From the NCBI RefSeq assembly GCF_009914755.1, contig NC_060933.1: a stretch of DNA of 64,000 nucleotides. One strand, 5' to 3'. Within the stretch, counting starts at the first letter, position 1; each line of letters begins with the position of its first letter. A model generated the notes under the pieces. That model was given only the letters and a program-made list of their open reading frames with translations, ran no database searches and was not told the origin of the DNA. Source of the stretch: the human T2T-CHM13v2.0 reference genome, Homo sapiens. Below are positions 1 through 14,744 of the stretch, one piece after another. The translations under genes and the position numbers were made by a program.

Positions 1-165
1 GACTACAGGCGCTCACCACCACACCGGGCTAATTTTTTTGTATTTTTAATAGAGACAGGGTTTCACAGTGTTAGCCAGGATGGTCTTGATCTCCTGATCC
101 CATGATCCGCCCGTCTCAGCCTCTCAAAGTCCTGGGATTACAGGCATAAGCCACCACGCCCAGCC
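1..165 (-). mobile_element. Alu, 5' part, runs off the window start (AluY/Sc-like)
   Basis: Reverse-complement Alu left arm and A-rich linker, ending ...ccaccacgcccagcc. Confidence 0.95.
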
Positions 166-564
166 TTATCTGTTTATTTCTAATAAACAGTTGTTTCAGT
201 ACAAACAGAATTGCTTTGATAGAAACAGATTCTATAATATTAAATTACATTAATAATTAATGGCACATATGAAATTAATTCTGATTTTAAGAAAAATGGC
301 AATATGCCATTGGAAATACCCATAGACTCTCAATAAGAAAATAAATACTGTAAAATACTTAAAGCAAATAATACAGCTAAGTCAAACCGACTTTTATACT
401 TTTTATTAGAATAAATTACAAAATGTTAAATGCCATACTCGTGTTTAAATATGCTGATTTCTTAAAGTACAAATAAAACAAATTATTAATTAGGACACAG
501 AATGGAATTACACAAGCAACAAAGACTGCAGGACCAGAAGAAACAAACTGAGCCAAAGCTTTTC

Positions 565-700
565 TATTTACTAGCTCTGCGGCCTTGAGCAAACTACTTA
601 ACCTCTCTGGGTCTTAGTGGCTCCATCTAAATAATACATGGAATAACATTTTCCTCACAGGATTAATGTATAAATTAAAAGAAACAAAATGTGACACTTT
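565..700 (+). mobile_element. MIR fragment
   Basis: Core-like tactagctctgcggccttgagcaaactacttaacctctctg. Confidence 0.6.
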
Positions 701-1046
701 ATAAATGACCTCTAATATCAAGTTGTAAAAATGACTGGCTTTTACAATTATGTTTGTATAAGTTGGCTGCTCCTTCTCTGCCAAGGCTATGTGCATAAAT
801 ACTTTTAATTCTCTGCCAAGACTAAGAGAGGGACATTTTATAGGAAGGAAGAAATGATGCTATTTCACTGGAGATGTCATCATGGCTTCCGAGTGAGTTG
901 TTAAACTACAGTCTCTCCTGTTGTATTATCAGCTACTTAGTAGAAGTTTAAGATCTACAGATCGTTTTCAACAGAAGAAAACGGAGAAGGACATCATCCT
1001 AATGTTCTTAAATGTTTGCTCCGTGTCTGCAGTAAAGGTCTATTGC

Positions 1047-1081
1047 TCACAGCTATGTCCGATCACAGCTATGTCTGATCA
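1047..1081. repeat. 16-bp tandem duplication
   Basis: tcacagctatgtccga tcacagctatgtctga tca, one mismatch. Confidence 0.85.
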
Positions 1082-1375
1082 TTTGCACTGGTGGAGATAA
1101 TAGCAACCTCATAGACTTTGACAATCATCTTCTAAGTCAGTTATTTAAATACGGCTTTGAAATGTCTTGATTATCAGGAGTATAAAAGGCAAATTTAATT
1201 CTAATATATTTGTAATAAGAATGGGAGCAAGAACCATAATCTCAATAATTACAATATTGGGTATAATAGGTATAACTTTTTAAGACTGTAACTCATTTGG
1301 AGATGTGAGATGATCCTGAAATCACCTGATCCATTCTACAATTAGAATATAAAAAACTACTTGTCAAAACATCTT

Positions 1376-1783
1376 GGAAATTGCCCAAGACCTTTAGAGT
1401 TTACCCTTTGTATCAGCATGCCCTGGATGTGAGATGTGGAGTGAAAGGAGATTATTTTGGAGCTGTAAGATTTAATGACTGCCTCACTGGATTTCAGACT
1501 AGCATGGGGCCTGTAGTCCCTTTGTTTTGGCCAATTTCTCCCATTTGGAGCTGGAACATTAACCCAATGCCTGTACCCTCAATGTGTCTTGTAAGTAATT
1601 AACCTGCTTTTGATTTTACAGGCTCATAGGCAAAAGGGACTTGCCTTGTCTCAGCTGAGATTTTGGACTTAGATTTTTTGGTTGATGTTAGAATGAGTTA
1701 AGACTTTGGGGAACTGTTGGAAATGCATGATTGGTTTTGAAATGTAAAAAGGACATGATATTGGGGAGAGAAATGGGGCAGAA
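1376..1783 (+). mobile_element. THE1/MST (MaLR) internal region, 3' end
   Basis: Typical MaLR-int sequence ending in a polypurine tract (ggggagagaaatggggcagaa) directly before the LTR. Confidence 0.85.
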
Positions 1784-2136
1784 TGATATTGTTTGGCTCG
1801 GTGTCCCAAACAAATTCTCATTGCAAATTGTAATCCCCATGATCCCCACATGTCAAGGGAGGGACCACATGAGAGAGGTGATTGGATCATAGGGTTGGTT
1901 TCCCCCATGCTGTTCTAGTGATAGTGAGTGAGTTCTCATGGTTCTGATGGTTTTATTAAGTGTTGTTTGACAGTTCCCCCTTCATGTGCTCTTTATTGCC
2001 TGCCACCAGGTAAGACATGCCTTCTTCCCCTTCTGCCATGACTGTAAATTTCCTGAGGCCTCCCTAGCCATATGGAACTGTGAGTCAATTAAACCTCTTT
2101 TTTTTTTCTTCGAATAAATGACCTAGTCTTAGGCAG
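1784..2136 (+). mobile_element. THE1 LTR (THE1D-like), 3'-truncated
   Basis: Starts tgatattgtttggct; contains ggaactgtgagtcaattaaacctc; terminal ...ctaataca missing. Confidence 0.9.
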
Positions 2137-2629
2137 ATCACCTAAATGCCTTAAACTTTAATTTTCTTATCTCAAAAAAAAGAAGTGAGATATCTCATAA
2201 ATGAGATAAGATGTGTGCAAACAATAAAGTAATTTACCAGTTTTAGTTATAACAGTGATTATTAGTAGGATATAAATCCAATGATGATGATAATATTTTT
2301 AAGGTGACTTTTAGCTTTAACCAGTTTATTTAAAATCTCTATAAATCCTATAAATGACAAATGTATCCTTGTCAAAGTATTGGGCATCTCCAGCTATCAA
2401 AGATAAGATACACTTAAATCATGGTTCCTTCTTTTCCCAAACTGAAATTGAACTTGGCATAGTACTTATGACTCAGATGTCAATTTTTATAATACAGCCT
2501 TGATCCGTCTCAGAGTTCCTATTTCTTTAATTTCATTTTCAGAACCTCTCATTGATTCTTCTCACAGATCCATCTTTTTGAACCCCTACAATTACCCAGA
2601 TATAGAATGAGACTTTTATATCACAAGGC

Positions 2630-2790
2630 ATACTGGTTTTGGAGCCAGGATGGTGTAATGTTGAGCACACTGAATTTGTATTCAAATTGTGGTTATGCTA
2701 CTTACCCAGGTTTGGTAACTTGACCCCCCTAAGACAGCTATTTCCTTATCTGTAAAATGCAAAGTGGTAAAAACACTAAATATAGGATAT
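2630..2790 (+). mobile_element. MIR fragment
   Basis: ttttggagccag...tttccttatctgtaaaatg. Confidence 0.55.
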
Positions 2791-4637
2791 AAAGAAATAT
2801 ATATATAGTTTGTGTTCTTTAAATGTTTGTCAGTTTTACTAATTCTAATTTTTCTCCACGAACAACTGATCTCCAATTAGGCCATTTTTGTGCTGCCATC
2901 CAGATAGACAATTCTGGTACATTTTGGTTTGCTGAACAAGGAGCCAGTTAGGACCTCTAACTTCCCCTGGAGTCCAGGGGTGGGAGGGGTGAGGGAGAGG
3001 GTCAGCAACTGAACTCAGCTTCCGACACAGTTCAAGAGGCCACAACCTCCCAAGACCTCTAAACTCTCCAGGTATATGGGCTTTCCCAGATAACTCCTAT
3101 ATAAATTTGGCATTCAAGCCAAACTTCATGGCATCTAGCGTACTTTTTGCCCTGGGCTATAACCATCAATGCTCACAGGCTTGCCCTATAAAACAGAATG
3201 ACCACAACAGGTGGGGTGCTTCCTCTAGAATATAAGCCAGTGGTGGCTCCTACAACTTCACCTGTGTCTCCATGGTTCTCCATGGAAGGATAAGAGTGCT
3301 TAGAAGCATGTATCTCCTGAGCTGAAGCAGAAGGAAAGGACTGTTGTATAGTCCAAATTTCCATGCTGAATGTATACTGATTCCCTTTATTATGATTGCT
3401 TACCTGTTCATTACTTGTCCCACAGATACTTTCTCATGTAGCTCAGTAACTCCTGTACTTTGCAGACAGGAGAGTTTCAGAAACTTGAAGAACAAATTCC
3501 AAAAGAACTATGAGTAGGTGATGGATACTTTTTCTTTTCTTAAGCCACATTTCATTGCCACAGTCAAAGCAGAATGTTATGTGATGATTTTAAATTCATT
3601 TTGTATTAGTAACTTCAAGTATAACAACTTTGAAACTGAAATAAGTGTTAATTTCTATTAACACAAATGACTTGTGAAAAAAAGTTCCTCTTACTGGCAG
3701 CTGGTTTGTAAATTTCCCGTATAAAGCCTGTTACTAAACCAATACAGTGTGGTTTTTTGGAATTCACCCATTCCCATATTGCTTCACAGTTGTCATCATC
3801 CCTCTGAGCAATATTATGGGAAAAGTTTCAAGTGATACATATTCTTCTGTTAATATCCTGGCTGCCTGCAATTCTTCTCTGCTGTTCACTCATCATCTGG
3901 ATGGTTTCAAGAAATTATTTAGGTAGAGTACATCTTAAAATGACAAACAAATATTGTCTAAGGCTTCTGTTATCTTATAATTAAATGCTGTATTTATTCG
4001 CCATCCCAGAAATTATAATCACCAAGGATAGAAGGTATCATTAGCTTTTAGTTGTTACTTATGTAATAACGATAACTTACTGGATCCATTTACTAACAGC
4101 AAGATTCCAGTAAAATCTTAAATGTTTATGGAGATTACCAATCCTGTGAAATTAGACTGCCCTCAAATCTAAAACAATATTTTCTTTTCTTTACTTCATG
4201 TTTGTTATCTTTATAGAGCATGTGTAGTTTCCCTTAGTCAACCTTTCATTTATTTAAAGATACTGTGGCTTTAACAATACTTAAGGTGCTGTTTTAGAAG
4301 GAATATTTTTCCTTAGTTGCTGTCAGTGACCCAGTAATTGTTTTCATGGCTCTCAAGTGTGAAGTGCTCCGATAGCACATCAACAAAATGTCAAATAGTA
4401 GAGGAGAGACTCTATGAGTGTTACTGTGATGGATTGTTTATTTGAATCTTTCTGCTCCCAGATGTTCCTTGGATGCTGTATAAAAGATGATGGACACTGT
4501 AGATGAGACATTTTGAATACAATAAAAGCTGTACCATGTCATTGTATAGAAAGTAAAGAAGATTTGAAAATGAAGGACAAAGAGGGTTTCTGGGTAGATT
4601 GCTGAAGGAACTATTGTCAAGAAAATAACCGTGGTTT

Positions 4638-4975
<338 letters not shown>

Positions 4976-5730
4976 TTAACTTGATGAAAATAGCCCATAG
5001 CCAAGAGGCTCCAGTAGTACTGAGTTCAGAGTCATGGTTGTTCTCAGAGTGGAGAGCAATATAGCTTCTAATGATCAGAATTATTCAAAAATATAGAAGA
5101 AAAATTAGAAGAGGGTAAAACATGGGTCAGACCCCACTTTAAGAATGGCTATTCAGTCCAATAAACACCATCATCTACCACTTTCCCTGATAGATCCAAG
5201 ACATTTATTTAGAGTGTGTCACGTGCTAGGTTATACAAATCAATAAGTCAGACTTCCCACACTCAAGAAACTTACTGTATAGACAATTATAATAAAATAT
5301 TATAAATGTTCTTGATTAGCATATTATTCTGATAGAAATGTTTTTGTTTCTGGAAAAAAAGAATTTGTTTTATGAAACAGATACTGAGCATAGATGAAAT
5401 CAAATCAGAGTATTTCTTTAAGCAAAGCAAACATTTGAATAATTATTAAAAATGAAATAAATAATTTCTTTCAAAAAAGTAATAATTAGTAAGTATAAAA
5501 CACCTTGTATTGTCAGTCAAGTGGAGGCTTCTAAATAGGTAATTTACATTGAATGTGTTCAACAAATTATTGAAACTGTTTGGTCTACCAAAGCTATCCC
5601 AGATATCAGCCATCACTAAGGGTTATTCATGAGTACCTTTCTTCAGTCTGAGAAAGGGAAACAAGATTTTCAAGAAATTCAACATCAAAAAACTTTAGGT
5701 TATTTGTCTCTCTCCTAAAAGGCTTGTTAA

Positions 5731-6390
5731 ATTTTCTTTTTTAATTTTTTATTTTACCATAAGTTATTGGGATACAGGTGGTATTTGCTTACATGAGTAA
5801 GTTCTTTAGCGGTGATTTGTGAAATCCTGGTGCACCCATCACCCCAGCAGTGTACATTGCACCATATTTGTATTCTTTTATTGCTCGCCCCCCTACTCTT
5901 CCCCTCAAGTCCCCAAAGTCCATTGTATCATTCTTATGCCTTTGCCTTCTCATGGCTTAGCTCCCATTTTATCAGTGAGAACACACAATGTTTGGTTTTC
6001 CATTCCTGAGTTACTTCACTTAGAATAACAGTCTCCAATCTCATCCACATCACTGCAAATGCTGTTAATTCTTTCCTTTTTATGGCTGTGTAGTATTCCA
6101 TCATATATATGTATATGTGTATATATATGTGTATATATATGTATATACGTACGTGTGTGTGTGTGTATATATATATATACACACACACATACACACACAC
6201 ACATACACACACACACACACCCCACCACCCCACAGTTTCCTTATCCACTCACTGATTGATGGGCATTTGGGTTGGTCCCACAATTTTACAATTGTGAATT
6301 GTGCTGCTATGAACATGCCTGTGCAAGTATCTTTTTCGAATAATGACTTCTTTTACTCTGGGTAGATACCCAGTAGTGGGATTGCTGGAT
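5731..6390 (-). mobile_element. L1 3' end (L1PB-like) with internal TA/CA microsatellite at about 6103-6220
   Basis: Antisense L1 3'UTR and ORF2 tail; the ORF track shows L1 ORF2 C-terminal motifs (MFIAAQFTI..WDQPKCPS; EYYTAIK..ETVILSEV). Confidence 0.9.
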
Positions 6391-7584
6391 ATTTAATGTA
6401 GCAAACTTTCATAAAGAAATATTATTTGAGAAAAGGATAAGTTAATCCTAGGAAGTACTTGCTTTTAACAAAGAAAAAAGAAACCGACAGGAGAAATAGG
6501 TTTAGATCTTTCTCAAGCAAAATTATCGCTATTTATAGCATCAGTCCAGTGACCCAATACAGATAACAATCATTTTGTCAGTTAGCTGAATAAGAGCTAT
6601 TGAGCACCCATGGGGAATGAAAGAGATGTACTGAGGAAGTACAAAGGAAAAACTCAACCTAATTCTTGTCCTTAAAGAGCTTAAAGTTTGATAGAAAAAA
6701 AGGGCAGGCTCATGTGAAAAATATACATGCGCACACACACACACACACGCACACACACGTGTGTGTGTATTAAAGGCATATAAGAAAATTACCATCTCTT
6801 TAGAGTCATATAAATTCATCTTTTGATAGTCTGAAGAAGATAACGTCATCATGGCTTAATATGATCAAAATAAAATAAGAAAAGTGACATCTATTAGTGA
6901 TACCCCTAAGGAAAATAATATCTTATAGTGATAACCTTATATGAGTAAAAACAAATGCAAATTAAACATTAAAGACTTAATTCCCATGGCAAAAATATGG
7001 TAACACAATTAGCTAACACAGATGGTCACCCCAATTACTAGGTAAAGTTAGGATGAACTCTGTGTGACAAATGGTGATGTCAAGTCCTCTTACATAAGGA
7101 CTAATTTTGTTTATCTTGAAAACATGTATGCAATGGGTTGTCATCAGCTTGGCTATATAAAGGGTGAGGTTTCATTCTATCTTTGCCTTCTCTTAGCACA
7201 CTGCCTACAATGCACATCACATCGTGGTTTAATGCTTATTCAATCATAAAATCCTTTTTTTCCCTCTATTCTGTACCTTTGTGGACAGGATTTCTGAGTT
7301 GGAAGATTTTCTTTCTAATTCTATTTCCCTAACACATATCACTTAATTGCATTCCTGCTTTCTAAAGTCTAAACCCAAATAAAGTTAACTTTCCTAAACT
7401 GGGGTAGACTAAAACATAAATATTTTAAACATAGTTTTTAATACCTATTTATTTCCATTTTAATTGTACTATTTAAAACTATAGCCAATATAAGAGGCTG
7501 TTATAACTTTAGTGTCATGGAGACGTATTTATAAAGATAGCTAAACCACACACACAAAGGAAAGGAAGAAAGAGAAAAGGGAAG

Positions 7585-8114
7585 TGTAACAGTGAAAAGG
7601 AGGCCTAGCATGACTAATTCCATTTTACTCCCCCAAGGTGCTCTTTAGGTTAACTGTTTTTGTTTATCTCTGAATCAAGGACAACCTAAGTACCTGAGGA
7701 ATTTAGTTTGTGTTTTAACTTTAAAGCAAAGGTGATAATAGTCCCTCCCCCAAACTAAAGTTGAGGTGATAAGGAGGGTGTACACACAAGTAACAATGTT
7801 TAATTAAAGGTTTATAGGAGCACGGCAACTTGATTGAGGACAATGAAGTTTTACAACCCCCTTGGACCCTTGCTGCTGCCTAGATATCTGCGATCATTGA
7901 ACATCTCTTGATCTCAACCCCTCTCTTGTCCCCTTCCCCTAACATAAAAGAGGCTGAAATTTGTATTAACTTCAGATGGTTCTTTAGGACATTAGTTCAT
8001 CATCTTCTTTGTTTGCTGGCTTTTCAAAATAAAGTCACCTTCCTTGCCCCAATACCTTGTCTTTTGAACTACTGGCTCTCCTGTGGTGGTGATATGAGCC
8101 TGGACTTGACTACA
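7585..8114 (+). mobile_element. ERV1 MER4-group solo LTR
   Basis: TG...CA termini, 5-bp TSD ggaag (7580-7584 / 8115-8119), AATAAA near 8028, LTR8-like 5' sequence. Confidence 0.8.
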
Positions 8115-10628
8115 GGAAGGAAGAAAGGAAGGAAAGAAGAAAGAGAGGAAGAGGAACAGAAATGTTTTTGAAAAGTAAAAAGCTGAGTTTAATTCCAAAT
8201 TTTACCTAGTTTATAGTTGTCAACGGGTCTGACCTTCTCCATCCTTAAACAGAAGATAATGTTATCTACTTCACAGTTTATTTTGTTCTGTGAAAACAAC
8301 CTAAGTCAAAATATGAAACTTTGCTAGCCTCTCCAGAAGCCCCTCCGGGTATTTCAATGATATCCCAATCACAACCTTATCCTTCTGAAATAACCACTGT
8401 CAAAATTAAAAACACAAATCAGACTTGAATAACACTCAACCAATGGATCTAAAAGACATATACAGAAGTTTTCTCAACAGAGAATACACTCTTCCCAATT
8501 TCACACAGAATGTTCTCCAGAATAGATCACATGTTGTTAAAACAAGTCTTAACAAATTTAAGAAGACTGAAATCATACTAAGTATATTTTCCTACTAAAA
8601 TAGAATGAAACTAGAAATCAGTAACAGTGAGAAAATGGAAAACATTTACGAATATGTGGAAACTAAATAACAAACTTTTGAATAATCACTGGGTTAAAAA
8701 GGAAATCAAAAGAGAATTTAGAAAATATCTCAAGACAAACAAACATTCATGTACAACTAATCAAAACTTATGCAGCAAAAGCAGTACTAAGCGAGAAGTT
8801 CATGGCAATAAATGCCTACATTAAAAAAGAAAAACAATTTTAAATAAACAACCTACATTTATACCTAAAGGAACTAAAAAAAGAAAAAAAAATTAAACTC
8901 AAAGTTAGCAAAAGAAAGACAATGAAGAGTAGGGCAAAAATAAATTAAATAGAGAATCTATAAGGGAAATAAAATCAACAAAACTGAGAGTGAAAAACTG
9001 AACAAAACTGCCAAACCCTTAACTAGGTTAATTAGAGGAAGAGAGAGAGAGAGAGGATACAAATAAATAAAATCAAAATGAAAAAGAAGACATTACAACA
9101 AATGTCTCTGAAATAAAAAGGATCATAAGAGATCTCTCATAATTATATGCCTACAAATTGAATAACCTATAGCAAATGAAAAAATTCCTAGAAACATAAC
9201 CTGCTGAGACTGGATCAAGAAGAAATAGAAAGTCTGAATAGACCAATAACAAATGAGGAGATTGAATTAGTAATGAAAAACCTCCCAACAACAACAAAAA
9301 AGAGCAAGGACTAGAAGACTTAATGACTGAATTCTACCAAAAATCGGAAGAAGATTTAATACCAATTCTTGAACTCTTTTTAAAAAAAAAAAGTAGAAGA
9401 GATACTTTTTAACTCATCTTACAAGGGCAGCATAATTCTGATATCAAAGCCAGAAATGAAAACTACAGGCCAGTATCTTTAATAAAAATAGATGAAAAAA
9501 TCCTCTCTAAAATATCAGGAAACCTAATTTAACAACACATCAAATAGATTATATACAAAGACCAACTGGGGTTTATTTCTGGGATGCAAAGTTGCTTGAA
9601 CATATGCAAATCAATGTGATATACCACATTATCAGTACAAAAGATTAAAACTACATGATCATCTTAATAATTGCAGAAAAAAACATTTGACAAAGTTTAA
9701 CATCCTTTCATGATAAAAGTGCTTAACAAAATAGGAATAAAATAAAATTACCCCAGCACAGTAAAGGCCATATCTAAGCCCACATCTAATAGGATAATCA
9801 ACAGGAAAAACCTGAAAGCTTTTCCTCTAGTATTTGGTACAAGACAAAGATGTCCACTATTACCACTTCTATTCAATATAGTACTGGAAATACTAGCAAG
9901 AGCAACCAAAGAAGAAAAGAAATAAAATATATCTGAATTATAAAGGAAGAAGTAAAACCATCCCTGTTTGTGAATGACGTAATCCTATATACAGAAAACC
10001 CCATAGATCCTGCCAAAAGATCATTAGAAATAATAAACAAATTTAAGAAAGTTACAGGATACAAAATCAACACACAAAAATCAGTAGTATTTCTTTACAT
10101 CAATAATGACCTATGCAAAAAGGAAGCTAAAAAAACTACTGCATTTATGATAGCATCAAAAATTAAATATCTAAAAATAAATTTAACCGAGGATGTGAAA
10201 CACCTAAACACTGAACATTATACTTTCATAAAGGAAATGAAAAAAGGCACAAATAAATGAAAAGATATCCCTTGTTTATGGATTGGGAAAATTAATATTG
10301 TTAAAATGTTCATACTACCTAAAGTGATCTACAAATTCTATGCAATCCTTATCAAATTTTAATAGTATTTTATACAGAAATTATAAAAACAATCTTAAAA
10401 TGCATATAGAATCACAAAAGGCCCAAAACAAACAAAACAATCTTGAGAAAGAAAAACAAAATAAAAAGTGGGGGCATCCCACTTCATGATATCAGATTAT
10501 ATTACAAAGCTATTAGAATAAAAATAGCATTCTACTAGTATTAAAACAGACAGATAGTCCAATAGGACAGACTAGAGAGCCAAGAATAAAACCCAAGAAT
10601 ACACAGTCAACAAGGGCACAGAGAATAC

Positions 10629-11079
10629 TGGTATGTTTTGGATATGGTTGTCCACACCAAAATTCATGTTGGTATTTGATCCCCAATGTGTGGTGGGGAA
10701 GGTGGGGCCTAGTGAGAGGTGTTTGGATCAGGAGGAGAGTCCTCATGAATAGATTAATGCCCTCCCAAAGGAGTGAATGAGCTCTTGCTCTGGAGAGATG
10801 GAATTCTTTCTTGCAGGAATGGATTAGTTCCTGGAAGAGTGGGTTGTTATAAAGCTAGGAGGTCCCTTAGGTTATGCTTCTTTGCATGTGTCTACTTCCC
10901 CTTTGACCTTCTGCTGTGGTGTGAGGTGGCAGAAAATTTCTCACCAGAAGCTGCACAGATGTCAACATCATGCTTCTTGAACTTCCCAGCCTACAGAATC
11001 ATGAGCCGAATAAACCTCCTTTCTTTATAAATTACCCAGTCTCTGATATCTCATAGCAGCACAAAACAAGACCGAGACA
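10629..11079 (+). mobile_element. MST (MSTB-like) solo LTR nested in the L1
   Basis: TG...CA termini, perfect 5-bp TSD aatac (10624-10628 / 11080-11084); L1 resumes in register. Confidence 0.9.
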
Positions 11080-12009
11080 AATACATGATGGGAAAAGGAT
11101 AGTCTCTTCAATAAATCATGGTGGGAAAATTAGATTTCCACATGCAATAAATAAATAAATAAATACAACTGTCATACACTGCACACAAAAATAAACTCAA
11201 AATGTGTTAAAGACCTAAACACAAGACCTAAAACTGTAAAAAGCCTTAAAAAACAGAGAAAAGCTCCGTGACATAGACCTTGGCAGTGATTTTTCAAATA
11301 TCGCATAAAAAGCTCAGGCAACAAAAGCAAAAATAAACAAGTGGTATGGCATCAAACTAAAAAGCTTTTGCACAACAAAGAAAGTAATCAAGAAAATCAC
11401 AAGGCTGCCTACTATTTGGGAGAAAATATTTGCAAACCATATATCTGATAAGTGGTTACTATCCAATATTTGTAAGGATCTCACATAACTTAATAGCAAT
11501 AAAACAAATAACCCAATTTAAAAAAAGGGCAAAGGATCTGAATAGACATTGTTCCAAAGAAGACGTAAAACTGGCTAACAAGTATATGAAAAGATACTTA
11601 ATGTCACTAATCATCAGGGAAATGAAAATCAAAGCCACAATGTGATATCAAAGCCACCTGATAGAATGGCTATTATCAAAAAGATAAGATGTGAAGAAAA
11701 AAAAAAAACCCTTGTACACTGTTGGGGGAAAGGTAATTTAGTATAGCTATTATGAAAAATAATATAAAGATTCCTCAAAAATTAAAAATAGAACTACTAT
11801 ATGAACCACAATCTCTCTTCTGAATATGTACCCCAAAGGAGTGAAATCAGCATCTCATAGATATCTCTGTTCTCCCTGTTAATGTCAGCATTATTCACAA
11901 TACCTAAGATATAAAATTACCTACATGTTTGTCCATGAATGAATGGATCAATACACTGTGGTATACATAAAGAATGGGATATTATTAGCCTTAGGAAAAA
12001 GAGATCCTA

Positions 12010-12098
12010 AGAGGAGAGGGAGGGAAAGAGAGAGAGAGGGAGAGAGAGAGAGAGGGAAGGAGAGAAAGAGAGAGAGAGAGAAAGAAAAAGAGAGAGAT
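12010..12098. repeat. GA-rich microsatellite within the L1
   Basis: Imperfect (GA)n. Confidence 0.9.
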
Positions 12099-12731
12099 AT
12101 CCTGCCATTTGTGACAACACAGATGAACATGGAGGACATTATGTTAAGTGAAATAAGTCAGACACATAATTGTGGTATACATATTGAAAATGTATAGAAA
12201 CACATACAGAATGTGTTACAGAAAAGTACTGCATGATCTCACTTTGATGTAGGATTTAAGAAAAGTTGAATACATAAAAACAGATAGTATGGTGGTTACC
12301 AGGTGTGGGGGAAGGTGGGGTGGGTAATGGAGAGACGTAGGTCAAAGAGTACAAACTTTCAGTTATGTAGGATGAATAAGTCTTGAGAGTTGATGTACAG
12401 CATGATGAGTATAATTAATAATATTGCATTATATACTGAAAACTTGCTAAGGTAATACATTTTAAGTGCTCTTTCCTTACTAAAAAAAGGTATGAGGAGA
12501 TGAATATATTAATTTGCTTGACTGTGGTAATTATTTTGCTATGTATAAGAATATCAAAACATCCTGTAATACACATTAAAAATATACAATTAAAAACCAA
12601 AAGAGAAAGAAAAATGCTGCCCTGACATTTATAGCAATTACTTCCTTGAATCATTTTCTGCTTTTTATTATCCAAGTATGCATCCTTAGACATAATAGTT
12701 TAGTCTTGCCCATTAAAAAAGTTTATGCCTG

Positions 12732-13063
<332 letters not shown>

Positions 13064-13839
13064 CTATCATTTTCTCCTCCATCTCTTTCTTTTTCTTACA
13101 CATTTGTGTTAAAGAAGAGAGGCCATTTAATTTGCAGATTTTTCACAGTCTGGATGGTGTCGTGTTTTTCCATTAGGAGGCATAAAATATTTAGTTTCCT
13201 CTCCTTTGGTGGCGTTATCAGCCATTGATGCTCATTGCAGACCTATTTAATAATTGGAGGTGCGAAATAGTGGTATTTTAATTGTACCATATTATTTTAG
13301 TTTGCTAGCTGTAATAATTATAAAGAGATCTTCATTATAAAAGAGTGACTATCCCTTATTTGGCTACCCAGAGTTACAGGAATATGGGAAAGCAAAAATA
13401 AATGCTTGATGTTTTCTTGTTGTTAGTTTACAATAATGAATTGTTTCCCTGTCATCCACAAAGGTAACCAGCTGGCCTTTTAACATCATTCTGAACTCAT
13501 GAATTTAAACCTTTTACAGGTTCCAAAACATTCGAACTGGTATCTTAATTAAAAATCAAGTTGTTCTATTTTTGAGCAGTAGGAACTTCTTCAAGTTGGT
13601 TCCTGACTCCTTTTGACATTATCTTTGTAGTCTTTGATATAGTTTTTGCTATCTGATGTAGCAGACTGTTCCAGGGTTATCTTGTTCACTTCCTGACCCA
13701 GACTCAAGATGAATTATTCCCCCCAAAAGCTCTGATTTCTTTAAGTGGGCAATTGGATTTCAATACTCCAAAGCTGAGCACTGGAGATGTTCACCTCTAG
13801 GGTTTGTTAATATTTCCAGACCTGTTTAGTAGACAGACT

Positions 13840-13842
<3 letters not shown>

Positions 13843-13887
<45 letters not shown>
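13843..13887. repeat. (CA)n microsatellite
   Basis: Direct read. Confidence 0.95.
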
Positions 13888-13889
<2 letters not shown>

Positions 13890-14694
13890 CTCTCCCTCTC
13901 TCTCTCTCTGCATATACATGTATACACAAATATATGTTTAATTTTTAAACATGTCATCTCATGAGTTTATACTGAATATAGTACTTCATGGCTTTTACTG
14001 AACTTCTTGATTACATCTCTATCTTTTTCTACATTGAGAATCTTGATTCCCATAAGCACACAGTATGACAGAATTGGAACATCCCATAATTTCTCACTTG
14101 CTTTATCCAATGCTATACATATAATATATACACATAATGGCAGCAGAATAATAATACTATTACATGTAACCCATTTTTCCCACTTTAAAAGTGCTCTCAA
14201 AGACACAGATAGAAATATTGTAAAATTTTTCATGGGTTTTCTTCGTATTATACAAACAGTAGTAAAAGTATAATGTTACTAATACTATCACTATAAATTA
14301 AAATTGTAAATGGATTAAATATTTTTGTATATGCTGTCTTCATTCTCCCTCCCATTTTTTAAGGGTATTCTATATCTGCATTGTCAAAATATATAGCCAT
14401 AAGTATATATTCACTCCCTGTAGCCCTTATTTAATCTTAATTCTATAGGCAAGTATATATTAGTGTTCAACATCACTCCTTATCTGTATTTCTGTAGGTA
14501 TTCTGCATATATAAAATGTGTTCTCTAGATTTTAAAAACATATTTAATAGGAAAATATCCCCTTAATTCCTGCATGTTAACAAATATTTTTAATGTTCTT
14601 TATGTTGTTACTCATTGTTTCTTTAAGTACAAGACATTGGTCTAAAAAAAAAAAGTCTGATGACCATTTAATTTTCCCTGTCCCCAGTTACATG

Positions 14695-14695
<1 letters not shown>

Positions 14696-14744
<49 letters not shown>
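14696..14744. repeat. (TA)n followed by poly-T
   Basis: Direct read. Confidence 0.95.

Larger units (their letters stand above)
8400..12615 (+). mobile_element. 5'-truncated old L1 (L1MA/L1MB class): decayed ORF2 plus 3'UTR
   Basis: Continuous A-rich ORF2 homology; ORF 9970-10260 carries the RT motif region (DVILY.ENP, VTGYKINTQKS); interrupted by an MST LTR. Confidence 0.92.

Noticed and set aside
2900-3500. GC-richer block with TATA-like motifs as a promoter or LTR
   Set aside because: No termini, TSD or recognisable family; motifs too common to support a call
6731-6770. Hairpin acacacacgtgtgtgt
   Set aside because: Trivial result of adjacent (CA)n and (TG)n tracts
9970-11645. Reverse-transcriptase-like ORFs
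   Set aside because: Fragments of a decayed, LTR-interrupted L1 ORF2
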